The position numbers were made by a program, and so were the translations under genes. A stretch of DNA of 32,000 bases from Vibrio vulnificus CMCP6. GTDB lineage: Bacteria; Pseudomonadota; Gammaproteobacteria; Enterobacterales; Vibrionaceae. The notes below the pieces were generated by a model. It was not told where the DNA came from. It was given only the letters and a program-made list of their open reading frames with translations, and ran no database searches. Location: assembly GCF_000039765.1 (NCBI RefSeq), contig NC_004459.3, positions 2,661,127-2,693,126 on the forward strand, given 5' to 3'. This document shows positions 17,201 to 26,635 of the stretch, piece by piece (position 1 is the stretch's first letter; each line of letters opens with the position of its first letter).

Positions 17201-19059
17201 TCGCTCTTGTGCAACATCGAGAAATCGAGGATCCAGAATGTTTGACCATTGGTCTTGTGGATCTCGTATGGCGACTCCCCAATCACACGCAGACCCAAGT
17301 TTTCGAGCATCGGCATGACGTCAGAAAGGTGAATGGGTTCGTCACGATGGAACAGTTTTAAGCGTACGGCTTTAGAGTCTGCGGACAACTCTTGAGGGCG
17401 GTAGAAAAGCATACCCAGTTTGTTGTCATCACTAAGTGCCTCTAAACGATCAATATCATCAACCGCACTGCCCGGCATCATCGCTTCTTTGTACGAGCGT
17501 GGAAATGCCTTCATGTATTCTTTTGAAAGTGGCAGTCCTTTACTTTCGCCAAAGTTGGCAATGATAGAATCTTTAAGGCGATCATCCCAAGTTGAAGAGA
17601 CTTCCATTAGATTTTGCTCGATGTTTTTCACGTCTACGTCGATGTTATTGTTGTCTACACGCACAATATAATGGGTACGTGCTAACGGCCCTTCGGAGAA
17701 GTACGTTGTAAACTCAACTTCTTGCTCACTGCCAAAGTACTGTTTCAAAATGCGTTGAGTTTGACGACGCAATTCTGTGTTGTAACGATCTCTTGTTACA
17801 TACACCATCGCACTAAAGAATCGGCCAAACGGGTCTTTGCGTACAAACAGACGCAGAAGATCGCGATCATGCATTTGCACCACGCCCATGCCGACTTCAA
17901 GTAACTCTTCTTCTTTTGCTTGAATCAACTCATCTCGAGGGTAATTTTCTAGAATGTTGTGTAGTGCTTTAAACGCATAGGAACCATCGCGGTATCCGCT
18001 AGCATCGAGAATGCGATCCACTTTTTCGCGGATAAGTGGAATGGAAGAAACGGTTTGGTTATACACCGACGAGGTATACAGGCCCGTGAAACGATGCTCA
18101 CCAACCACTTTTCCTTTGGCATCAAACTTTTTAATGCCGATGTAGTCGTTGTATGCAGGTCTGTGAATACGAGACGCTTTGTTGCCTTTAGTGATAATCA
18201 GTGCGCTTGGCTTCTTGGCTTCGAGGCGAGCTGAATCTGAAAGTTGTGATAACTTCACACTGCGAACTCGAGATTCTTCCGCAAAAAGGCCCAAGCCTTT
18301 TTCTTTTGTTGGTACGAGCTCAGTTTCGCCATCCACACTCACCAAGTCGTACTCTTTGTATCCCATGAACGTAAAGTTGTGGTCCCCTAACCAACGTAGA
18401 AATGCAATGCTTTCATCGAAACGTTCACCATCCATGGAAACCGCTGATTTTTGCGCTTCCAGTTGTGCTGTCACTTGCTCTAGTCGCTCTACCATGAGCA
18501 ACCAATCGTTCACCACCAAGCGAGTATCGTTGAGCACATCAAGCAGCTCTTGCTTCAACTTGTGCATCTCATCTTTTTTGCTTAGTCGGTCAACTTCGAT
18601 GTGGAACAGTGACTGTAAGATCCCACCCAGTCCATTGACATCAATCACTTCGCCTTTTTCATTGCGAGTGATTTGCGTCGGGTTGTTGAGCATTAAGTGA
18701 CAGTTAAGATCCAGTCGGCTTAACGCCATTTTGATGGAATCAACCAAGAACGGACTATCAGGTACCACCACTTCTACGATGGTATGGGTTGATTGCCAAC
18801 CGTGGCGGCTGACTGTCGGGTTAAATACTCGAACCGAGACGTCGTCTGGTTTCTTCTCTTGAATATGATGCCAAAGACTAATAATCGCACCGTAAAGGTC
18901 AGACTCGTTGCGTTGGATTAGGTCGTCCATAGACATGTTACTAAACAGGTGTTGAGCTAATTTAGTAACGAAAGGCTGGTGGGATAGCTCGAGTTTTTCC
19001 TGAATCAGTTGGTAAACTTTTTCAAGCAGAACCGGCACTACATTTTCACGCGCGGTCAT
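14218..19059 (-). CDS. gdhB: Large (180-kDa class) NAD-specific glutamate dehydrogenase
   Basis: About 1613 aa from [20 protein letters not shown]. Bac_GDH-like core [51 protein letters not shown]. The track start at 19107 adds 16 residues. An internal start is inferred from family length. Confidence 0.93.
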   Translation of the reverse strand: [1613 protein letters not shown]

Positions 19060-19240
19060 ATTCACACTCCACATTAGAATAGTTTTTTTGTAGGGGACAC
19101 TTAGCAATAAATCTAGCTAGGAGACTCAATAACTAAGCATAGGTAATGCATGCGCTTATTGTAAAAGCAATATTGAAATTTAGTTAATAAAATTAACGAA
19201 GAATAGAGGTGAAATGTTTGATAATGTGATTAAGATTCGT

Positions 19241-19259
19241 GTTTAACTCACTGTTAAAC
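19241..19259. repeat. Short perfect inverted repeat between the DUF2835 gene and gdhB
   Basis: GTTTAAC-TCACT-GTTAAAC, 7-bp arms. Confidence 0.5.
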
Positions 19260-19266
19260 TAGGTTC

Positions 19267-19485
19267 TTATAGTGATTCTAACTTAATAAATCGATGATTC
19301 TGGTCAGTTGTTAGTCTAAAGCGCCCTTTTAAGCCTAACTGGCTGAGAAACGGCCGAAATTTAACCGCTGGTAATTGAATCCTCAGTCCTTGCTCTGTCA
19401 CCACTTGAACAGCACTCGCCGCACCAGAATAGTGAGCTAAAAATGCCTGATAGCTAATATTGAGTGTGAAGTAATAGTAATTCAT
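19267..19485 (-). CDS. DUF2835 family protein
   Basis: 72 aa (MNYYYFTLNISYQAFLAHYSGAASAVQVVTEQGLRIQLPAVKFRPFLSQLGLKGRFRL...) resembles DUF2835 proteins, which often sit between pepN and gdhB in vibrios (recalled). Confidence 0.8.
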   Translation of the reverse strand: MNYYYFTLNISYQAFLAHYSGAASAVQVVTEQGLRIQLPAVKFRPFLSQLGLKGRFRLTTDQNHRFIKLESL

Positions 19486-19533
19486 AGTTTGAACAAGATA
19501 GCTGGCATTGTGCCAGCTATCTCACGATCACGG

Positions 19534-22143
19534 TTATTCGCTTTCTAGTGCTTTTGACACTTTTTCAAATAGATCTTTTGCCAAATCCTCTAAACCTTGA
19601 AGGGCTTTGAGCTCTTGGCGAATTAACGCCTGGCGATCACTATCGTACTTACCTAACTTGAGCAAAGGATCCACTAAGCGCGATGCCACTTGAGGATTGG
19701 TCCTGTTCAACTCGCGTAGGATTTCGCCAGCAAAACGATAACCCGCGCCAGATTTATCATGGAAGTTCACTGGGTTCATACCAAGGAAAGAACCAATCAA
19801 GCTGCGTGTACGATTGGGGTTTTTAAGACTAAATGCTTCATGCTTCATCGTCTCTTTAACAACGTCCAGTGCATTGGCAGCAGGGTTGCAGCCTTGTAGG
19901 ATAAACCACTTATCCATAACGAGACCATCATGCTTCCACTTATCACTGTAATCTTGCATCAGTGCTTCACGGCAAGGCAATTGCGCTTGGTTGGCGGATG
20001 CCATCGCTGCAACTGTATCGGTCATGTTGTTCGACTCTTGGTATTGCTTCAATACCAAATCATTACCCTCTTGAGTATATGCCAGATACGCTAGACAGAT
20101 ATTACGTAACGCACGCTGACCAATCGCCGCATGCTCGATGGTATACTCAGCTTGCTTCAAGCTATGATAAAGTGCACTCAACTCATCACATAGCTGTGTC
20201 GCAAGAATGACTTTTAACTGTTTGAGGACCTGAGCAATCGCATCAACGTCCACTTGCTTGTACCAACCAGACACTTCATTGTGGTTTGGTAATGACATGA
20301 CTTCAGCGATAAACGCGGAATCTAATTCTGCATTAAGAAGCACACCACGGAAGGCATCAACAACCGCCTCAGGCAGTTCTACTTCTTTACCCGCCTGAAC
20401 TCGCTCAACATTTTGACGAATGTATTTTGCCAGTAACATTTGGCTGGCATCCCAACGAGAAAATTCGTTACGAGCATTCACCATAAGGAACATCAGCTCA
20501 CGGTCTGAATAATCGTACTCAAGCTTAACCGGTGCTGAGAATTCACGTAACAAAGAAGGCACTGGCTTTTCTGCCACATTCTCAAACACGAAGGTTTGTT
20601 TGTCGGCTTTCACATCCAGCACGTTTCCAACAGGCTCACCAGCAATGATCATTGGGATCACATCACCATTTGCTGCGTAAAGCTCGATATCGAATGGAAT
20701 ATGCAATGGTTGCTTTTCCGCTTGCTCGTGTGTTGGCTCGGTCGACTGCTCAACCGTTAACGCGTAAGTTTGTTTCTCGGCATCATATTGGCTACTCACA
20801 CGAAGCGTTGGTGTACCCGACTGGCTGTACCACAAGCGGAACTGTGTTAAATCAACACCCGTTGCATCTTCCATGGCAGAGACAAAATCTTCACAAGTCG
20901 CAGCAGTACCGTCGTGACGCTCAAAGTAGAGCTTCATCCCTTTTTGGAAACCTTCTTCACCTAGTAAAGTATGATACATGCGAATAACTTCACTGCCTTT
21001 TTCATACACTGTTAGCGTGTAGAAGTTATTCATTTCAATCACTTTATCAGGGCGAATTGGATGAGACATTGGGCTAGCATCCTCCGCAAACTGCGGCCCA
21101 CGAATGGTACGCACGTTCTGAATGCGATTCACTGCTCTAGAGCCAAGATCAGAAGAGAATTCTTGATCGCGGAAAACGGTTAGACCTTCCTTCAAGCTCA
21201 ATTGGAACCAATCGCGACAAGTCACGCGGTTTCCTGTCCAGTTGTGGAAATACTCATGACCAATCACGCGCTCAATGCCGAGGTAATCTGCGTCAGTCGC
21301 GGTTTGAGAGTTGGCTAAAACAAACTTTGAGTTAAAGATATTGAGACCTTTGTTTTCCATCGCACCCATGTTGAAGAAATCAACGGCGACGATCATGTAG
21401 ATATCTAGGTCATACTCGAGATCGAAACGTTCTTCATCCCATTTCATCGAATTGATCAGAGAAGTCATCGCATGTGGCGCACGATCTAAGTTTCCTTTGT
21501 CGACAAAGATTTCAAGATCTACGCTACGACCAGACTTGGTGACAAACTTATCACGAAGCACATCAAAGTCGCCTGCAACAAGAGCAAACAAGTATGCAGG
21601 TTTTGGATGCGGATCTTGCCATTGAACCCAATGACGGCCACCTTCCAGTTCTCCTTCTGCGATGCGGTTACCATTGCTCAGCAAATAAGGATATTGTGCT
21701 TTGTCGGCAATCACTTTTGTCTGGTAACGCGCTAAGACATCAGGGCGGTCTAAGTAATATGTGATGCGTCTAAAACCTTCAGCTTCACATTGTGTACAGA
21801 AAGCACCACCCGATTTATACAGGCCTTCCAACGCGGTGTTGGCTTCTGGATCGATTTCGGTCACGATGACAAGCTCAAACTCTGCTGGAAGATTCGAGAG
21901 AAGCAAGGAACTCTCTTTAACCTCAAACGCCGACCATGCTTCACCATTCACAGCAACAGAAATCAGTTTTAGAGCTTCACCGTCTAACTCAAGGACATCA
22001 CTCTCACCCTGTTGCTTAACTTGAGAAACCGCCGTGACGACGGTGTTGTGATCGTAAAGATCAAAGGTTAAATCGATGTCGGTTATCGTATGCGAAGGCG
22101 CCTTGTAATCTTTACGATATTTAGCCTGTGGGGTTTGAGACAT
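19534..22143 (-). CDS. pepN: Aminopeptidase N (M1 family)
   Basis: 869 aa with GAMENKGLNIFN, zinc motif HEYFHNWTGNRVTCRDWFQLSLKEGLTVFRDQEF and MYHTLLGEEGFQKGM. Confidence 0.97.
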   Translation of the reverse strand: MSQTPQAKYRKDYKAPSHTITDIDLTFDLYDHNTVVTAVSQVKQQGESDVLELDGEALKLISVAVNGEAWSAFEVKESSLLLSNLPAEFELVIVTEIDPEANTALEGLYKSGGAFCTQCEAEGFRRITYYLDRPDVLARYQTKVIADKAQYPYLLSNGNRIAEGELEGGRHWVQWQDPHPKPAYLFALVAGDFDVLRDKFVTKSGRSVDLEIFVDKGNLDRAPHAMTSLINSMKWDEERFDLEYDLDIYMIVAVDFFNMGAMENKGLNIFNSKFVLANSQTATDADYLGIERVIGHEYFHNWTGNRVTCRDWFQLSLKEGLTVFRDQEFSSDLGSRAVNRIQNVRTIRGPQFAEDASPMSHPIRPDKVIEMNNFYTLTVYEKGSEVIRMYHTLLGEEGFQKGMKLYFERHDGTAATCEDFVSAMEDATGVDLTQFRLWYSQSGTPTLRVSSQYDAEKQTYALTVEQSTEPTHEQAEKQPLHIPFDIELYAANGDVIPMIIAGEPVGNVLDVKADKQTFVFENVAEKPVPSLLREFSAPVKLEYDYSDRELMFLMVNARNEFSRWDASQMLLAKYIRQNVERVQAGKEVELPEAVVDAFRGVLLNAELDSAFIAEVMSLPNHNEVSGWYKQVDVDAIAQVLKQLKVILATQLCDELSALYHSLKQAEYTIEHAAIGQRALRNICLAYLAYTQEGNDLVLKQYQESNNMTDTVAAMASANQAQLPCREALMQDYSDKWKHDGLVMDKWFILQGCNPAANALDVVKETMKHEAFSLKNPNRTRSLIGSFLGMNPVNFHDKSGAGYRFAGEILRELNRTNPQVASRLVDPLLKLGKYDSDRQALIRQELKALQGLEDLAKDLFEKVSKALESE

Positions 22144-22319
22144 ATCTATAAATCCTTGTACAGTGAATCAGAATGTGCCCGTCGTTATTTCATAATTGCT
22201 TTAAAGGTTTACGCTAACCGCAACTATCCACTTGTGCATCTGTGTGTCTGTTATTTCGGGCACAGATAAATTACCTCTGTTAGATGCGGTTTGGAAACGA
22301 ATAAAACAAGGCTTGACGC

Positions 22320-22355
22320 AAAAAAAGAGAAGACTCGTTGAAAATCCTCTCTTTT
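22320..22355 (-). terminator. Probable terminator of the 22423-23091 gene
   Basis: On the minus strand AAAAGAGAGGA...TCTTCTCTTTTTTT, an imperfect stem followed by a T tract. Confidence 0.65.
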
Positions 22356-22422
22356 CCGATGAAAAATCCATCAATATGTCTCTTTTACTGCCATTTAGAC
22401 AGCCTCTATTAGGCCACTTGGG

Positions 22423-23091
22423 TTAACGTACTCGGTTAAGTACTGCGAGCATTTCCCCACTCTCTTCCTGTAACGTTAACTGATCTGTGTCTAAGACATA
22501 AGTTGTATCATGCTCACCATTTTCGTATAACAACACCAAATGATTTCCTTCGGTGTAGTAAACCCCTTTCTTGACCGACTCATCACCATCCTCAGATGTC
22601 ACCCTAAACATGAAGACAAAATCAGGCTGTAAAATTAAGTCCATTTTGTTTATCTGATTCGCGATCATCCCTTCTCCAGATAATTGCGCACTCGACCAAA
22701 TACCAGCCAGTGCATTGGGTAAACCTTTGGTAAACGTCACGCCGTTGAGATTGAGCATATTGTGATTACTTTCATACTGATAGACTTGAGGCTCATCCGT
22801 ATTGAGTCCTAATATGATGGTGTCTTCATTTGCGGTGTAGATCCCTTCCCAATGGTCAATGCTGTAGTCGCGTTTTTGGATATCGATTTGGAACTCATAC
22901 TTAGAGTTTAACGTGAGCTTAATCGCCCTAAAGTCTTCACGACTTTCTTCAACATTCGGATTCACCAAATACCAATCGCCAAGTAATAAAGGGGTGTCAA
23001 AGTAGGTTAAATCAGCGGATTTAGTGGACGTATCTTGAGCGTAAACCGAAGATAGCGTTAGCGCAGCGAGCAAAGTTAAGAGCCATTTCAT
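22423..23091 (-). CDS. Exported protein with two lipocalin-like repeats, function unknown
   Basis: 222 aa with signal peptide MKWLLTLLAALTLSSVYA, then two beta-rich halves sharing a G-W...L-L...F-F...D...G-Y pattern. Confidence 0.6.
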   Translation of the reverse strand: MKWLLTLLAALTLSSVYAQDTSTKSADLTYFDTPLLLGDWYLVNPNVEESREDFRAIKLTLNSKYEFQIDIQKRDYSIDHWEGIYTANEDTIILGLNTDEPQVYQYESNHNMLNLNGVTFTKGLPNALAGIWSSAQLSGEGMIANQINKMDLILQPDFVFMFRVTSEDGDESVKKGVYYTEGNHLVLLYENGEHDTTYVLDTDQLTLQEESGEMLAVLNRVR

Positions 23092-23250
23092 TGTTCATCT
23101 CCACACTAGGGCTGTATGCCGTTTTCTTAAAGCTTAGGCATGGAGTCATCATATGGCGAATTTTTTTGACTTAAATCACATTATTGTTCAGAGAAAAATA
23201 ACTTCATCTATACGTCATCTTTCCTTCACTTTGCTATGGGTTATGAATGA

Positions 23251-23278
23251 AAAAAGCGAGCTTTAATGCTCGCTTTTT
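23251..23278 (-). terminator. Terminator of prc
   Basis: AAAAAGCGAGC-TTTAAT-GCTCGCTTTTT perfect 11-bp palindromic hairpin just downstream of prc. Confidence 0.88.
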
Positions 23279-23293
23279 ATCATCACACCGTTT

Positions 23294-25294
23294 TTAGGAC
23301 GGTTTTTTCAGCATGTCTACCATGATAGCAACAGATTCATCAAGATATGCATCTGGCGTTTCATAGTCTTTGGGTACATCGTCTAAAGTCTTAAACGCTT
23401 CTTTACCCGCTAATGCTTGGCGTTGATTGATGCGATCTAGGCGCTGCTTATCAGCCTGTTCAGATTCTTGCTTACGCACTTTTTCATTCAAAGAAAGCGT
23501 ATTGTCGTCTTTCTCTGCTTTGTACTTAGCAATGTCTTCCGCAATAAACTTAAACTCTAGCTCGTTAGCGATCCGCTCATCATGTTTTACACGCAATTGT
23601 TCAATCAAAGAATCATTACGTTGTAACACTTGATAATCCGCTTTCTCAATACTGTCCCAAGGTAGAGCATTATCTTCAACACTCTCACCTGTTTCCTCAG
23701 GATCAATCGCGGTAGGGAAAGGAATGTCTGGCACGACACCTTTATTTTGCGTGCTGCCTCCATCAATTCGGTAGAATTTTTGGATGGTGTACTGAACATA
23801 ACCGATTTCTTTGTCAAACAAATCATAGATATGATTCAGCGAGCGGTGCTGTTGTACGGTTCCTTTACCAAATGAGTTTTCACCAAGGATAATGGCGCGG
23901 CCATAGTCTTGTAGTGCAGCGGCGAAAATTTCAGAAGCAGATGCACTATAGCGATTCACCAACACCGTCATCGGGCCTGAATAACTGATTTGTCCATCCG
24001 TATCAGCGTTGACTTTCACTCGCCCATAACTGTCACGAACTTGAACCACAGGGCCCTTTTCAATAAACAAACCCGTGAGCGCAGTGGCTTCAGTTAATGC
24101 CCCACCACCATTGTTTCTCAAATCAACGATGATCCCGTCAACACCCTTACCTTTGAGATCAGTAAGCAGCTTATCGGTGTCGGCAGAAAGACCCACATAA
24201 AAACTCGGTACTTCTAGAACACCGATTTTTTTGCCATCTTTTTCAATCACCTCGGCCTTCACCGCTCGGTCTTCCAAGCGAATTTTGTCACGCACAATGG
24301 TGACAACGTAACTCTTAGAGTCTTTACCTTCTGGCAGAACTTGTAGGTGAACTTTGGTTCCTTTAGGACCTTTAATCAACTGGACAACATCATCAAGACG
24401 CCAGCCGATCACATCGACGATGTCTTTCTTATCTTGGCCAACACCGATGATTCGGTCCCCCTCGCCTAACTGTTTACTTTTAGACGCAGGGCCACCAGCA
24501 ACCAAAGAACGGATGACAGTGTAATCATCCGTCATCTGTAAAACAGCACCAATGCCTTCCAGTGACAAGTTCATCTCGGACTGGAATTGTTCAGCGTTTC
24601 TTGGTGAAAGATAACTGGTATGAGGATCCACTTCGCGTGCAAACGCGTTCATGTAAAGTTGAAAAACGTCTTCGTTGCGCGTTTGAGTAATTCTCTTCAT
24701 CGCGTTGTTATAACGTTTTTCTAGAATTTCTTTAATTTCTGGCCAATCTTTGCCAGTCAACTTGAGGTTCAGCGCATCGTATTTTACTCGCTGACGCCAC
24801 AGTTCATTAAGCTCGGTTTGATCCTTTGGCCAAGCCGCATCAGTGCGATCGAGTTCAATCTCATCATCCGTATCAAAGGTGATTTCTTGATCGAGCAGTT
24901 TGAGAGCATAAGAGAATCGCTCAAAACGCTTTTTCATTGAGAGATTGTAAACATCAAACGCGATTTGATTGTTGCCTTCTTTGAGTTGGTCATCCAACTC
25001 TGTTGACCACTTTTCAAATGAATCAATGTCTGCTTGGGTGAAGATATTCTTATTGTAATCAAGCATTTCTATATAGCGATTAAACATCGCACGAGAGAAA
25101 TCATCGTTGAAATTAAAATGCTTGTAATGAGAACGAGTAAAACGGGAAGTGACCCTTTTGCTTGCAGTTTCGTGTTGAACTTCAGGTGCAAGTAAAGGGA
25201 GATCTTTTTCTGATAGTTTGGCTTCTAGAGCCTGAGCTGACGCTGCTAGCCAAAGGCTAGCAGCAATCAGAGTCACTTTTGAACGGCATTTCAT
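23294..25294 (-). CDS. prc: Carboxy-terminal processing (tail-specific) protease Prc
   Basis: 666 aa with signal peptide, a PDZ region (LEGIGAVLQMTDDYTVIRSLVAGGPA) and the S41 catalytic core RYSASASEIFAAALQDYGRAIILGENSFGKGTVQ. Confidence 0.95.
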   Translation of the reverse strand: MKCRSKVTLIAASLWLAASAQALEAKLSEKDLPLLAPEVQHETASKRVTSRFTRSHYKHFNFNDDFSRAMFNRYIEMLDYNKNIFTQADIDSFEKWSTELDDQLKEGNNQIAFDVYNLSMKKRFERFSYALKLLDQEITFDTDDEIELDRTDAAWPKDQTELNELWRQRVKYDALNLKLTGKDWPEIKEILEKRYNNAMKRITQTRNEDVFQLYMNAFAREVDPHTSYLSPRNAEQFQSEMNLSLEGIGAVLQMTDDYTVIRSLVAGGPASKSKQLGEGDRIIGVGQDKKDIVDVIGWRLDDVVQLIKGPKGTKVHLQVLPEGKDSKSYVVTIVRDKIRLEDRAVKAEVIEKDGKKIGVLEVPSFYVGLSADTDKLLTDLKGKGVDGIIVDLRNNGGGALTEATALTGLFIEKGPVVQVRDSYGRVKVNADTDGQISYSGPMTVLVNRYSASASEIFAAALQDYGRAIILGENSFGKGTVQQHRSLNHIYDLFDKEIGYVQYTIQKFYRIDGGSTQNKGVVPDIPFPTAIDPEETGESVEDNALPWDSIEKADYQVLQRNDSLIEQLRVKHDERIANELEFKFIAEDIAKYKAEKDDNTLSLNEKVRKQESEQADKQRLDRINQRQALAGKEAFKTLDDVPKDYETPDAYLDESVAIMVDMLKKPS

Positions 25295-25311
25295 GCGTAG
25301 GAGTGTCTCCT

Positions 25312-25935
25312 TTATGCGCGAAGGTGCTCCGCTTTCACAACCATTTGAAGGCCGTTAGACAGTTGAACTCGCACATCATCCTTATTAATTTCTACGATAG
25401 TCGCAGCCATGTTTCCTTTACCCATGTTTACGTTAACCGCTTTACCAGTGATCAATTCATCTGCGTTTAGCGCACGTGTTTCCACAGGTTGTTTCGCAGG
25501 CTTTTGCGCCTGAGGTTTGTTAGCACGACGTTGCTGAGGTGCTTTCTTTGTTTTTGGCTTTGACTTCTCTTCGTCACGAGCTTTTTGAGCTTGTTCTTTA
25601 CGGCGAGCTTGTACCTTAGCTTTGCTTTCCGCTAGCGTTGCTTTCGCATGTTCAACGTGTTCTTCTTCTAGTACACCACACTCGTTACCATCTAGGTCAA
25701 CACGAGTTGCGCCTAGTTTAACGCCGTGTAGGTAACGCCAAGAAGAAGTGTATTGTCTTAACGCTGCTCGAAGCTGAGTCTTGCTTACTTTTTCATCTTC
25801 ACTTAGACGTTCAGCAAGATCTTGAAAAATACCAATTTTAAGAGGTTTCGCTTCACCTTCTAAAGTAAAGCACTTGGGGAAACATTCAGCAATATATGCA
25901 ATAACTTCTTTGCTGTTTTTTAACTTTTCAGTCAT
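25312..25935 (-). CDS. proQ: RNA chaperone ProQ
   Basis: [37 protein letters not shown] (FinO-like domain), a basic linker, and a C-terminal domain [32 protein letters not shown] at 25933-25935 marks the probable start. The track extends 12 aa further upstream. Confidence 0.94.
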
Positions 25936-25991
25936 GAGTTGTCCTGGTTTGAGCGGCCTGCCCGCGAGCATTAAGATAAAAATATTCTCGT

Positions 25992-25997
25992 ATTATA
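25992..25997 (-). promoter_or_regulatory. Candidate -10 box of the proQ-prc operon
   Basis: On the minus strand TATAAT lies 56 bp upstream of the proQ ATG. The -35 element is weak. Confidence 0.35.
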
Positions 25998-26034
25998 GAG
26001 AGATGCGGGCGAAAAACCACTCTCGTTACCCAAT

Positions 26035-26508
26035 TTATGCGTTGTTCGCGTGTGAATTAAGCAGCTTTTCTACTTCTGCCATGAAAAATGTTAACCCTTG
26101 TTCATCAATTTCACTAAATCTACCTACACTTGGGCTATCAATATCCAGAACGCCAGCCAATTGCCCATTGATTGAGAATGGGATCACAATTTCTGAGTTG
26201 CTCGCCGCATCGCAGGCAATATGTCCTTCAAACTCGTGCACATCATGCACTCGTTGAACAGTATAAGTTTGCGCTGCCGTTCCGCATACGCCCTTACCCA
26301 TAGGAATTCGCACGCACGCTACTTTTCCCTGAAATGGCCCTAAAACCAACTCGTCTTCTTTATATAAGTAAAATCCAACCCAGTTGAGATCGGACATTCC
26401 CATGTTCAGCAACGCACTAATGTTGGAAAGATTGGCGATTAAGTCACGCTCTGATTCAATAAGTGCGACTGCTTGTTTGGTGAGTGTTTGGTAATGTTCT
26501 ATGGTCAT
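26035..26508 (-). CDS. msrC: GAF-domain free methionine-R-sulfoxide reductase
   Basis: 157 aa with YebR/fRMsr signatures NWVGFYLYKEDELVLGPFQGKVACVRIPMGKGVCGTAAQT and HIACDAASNSEIVIPF...GVLDIDSPS. Confidence 0.92.
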   Translation of the reverse strand: MTIEHYQTLTKQAVALIESERDLIANLSNISALLNMGMSDLNWVGFYLYKEDELVLGPFQGKVACVRIPMGKGVCGTAAQTYTVQRVHDVHEFEGHIACDAASNSEIVIPFSINGQLAGVLDIDSPSVGRFSEIDEQGLTFFMAEVEKLLNSHANNA

Positions 26509-26635
26509 ATAAAGCTTCCAATTGTTTATTGCACAGCTGAAGCGTGCATTAATAATTTCCTGAATTTACTTTGGAATAGAATCAACAGCCGCTAGAATGC
26601 TGACTCTAATATAAATAGGACTTATTCTCATTATA

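Noticed and set aside
18179-18700. 173-aa plus-strand ORF
   Set aside because: It is antisense to the strongly supported gdhB gene. Long antisense ORFs are expected opposite a long coding sequence.
24300-24312. Second matS-like 12/13 match GTGACAACGTAAC
   Set aside because: It lies inside prc, where the codons (Y-V-V-T) explain the sequence. I do not call it a site without binding or distribution data.
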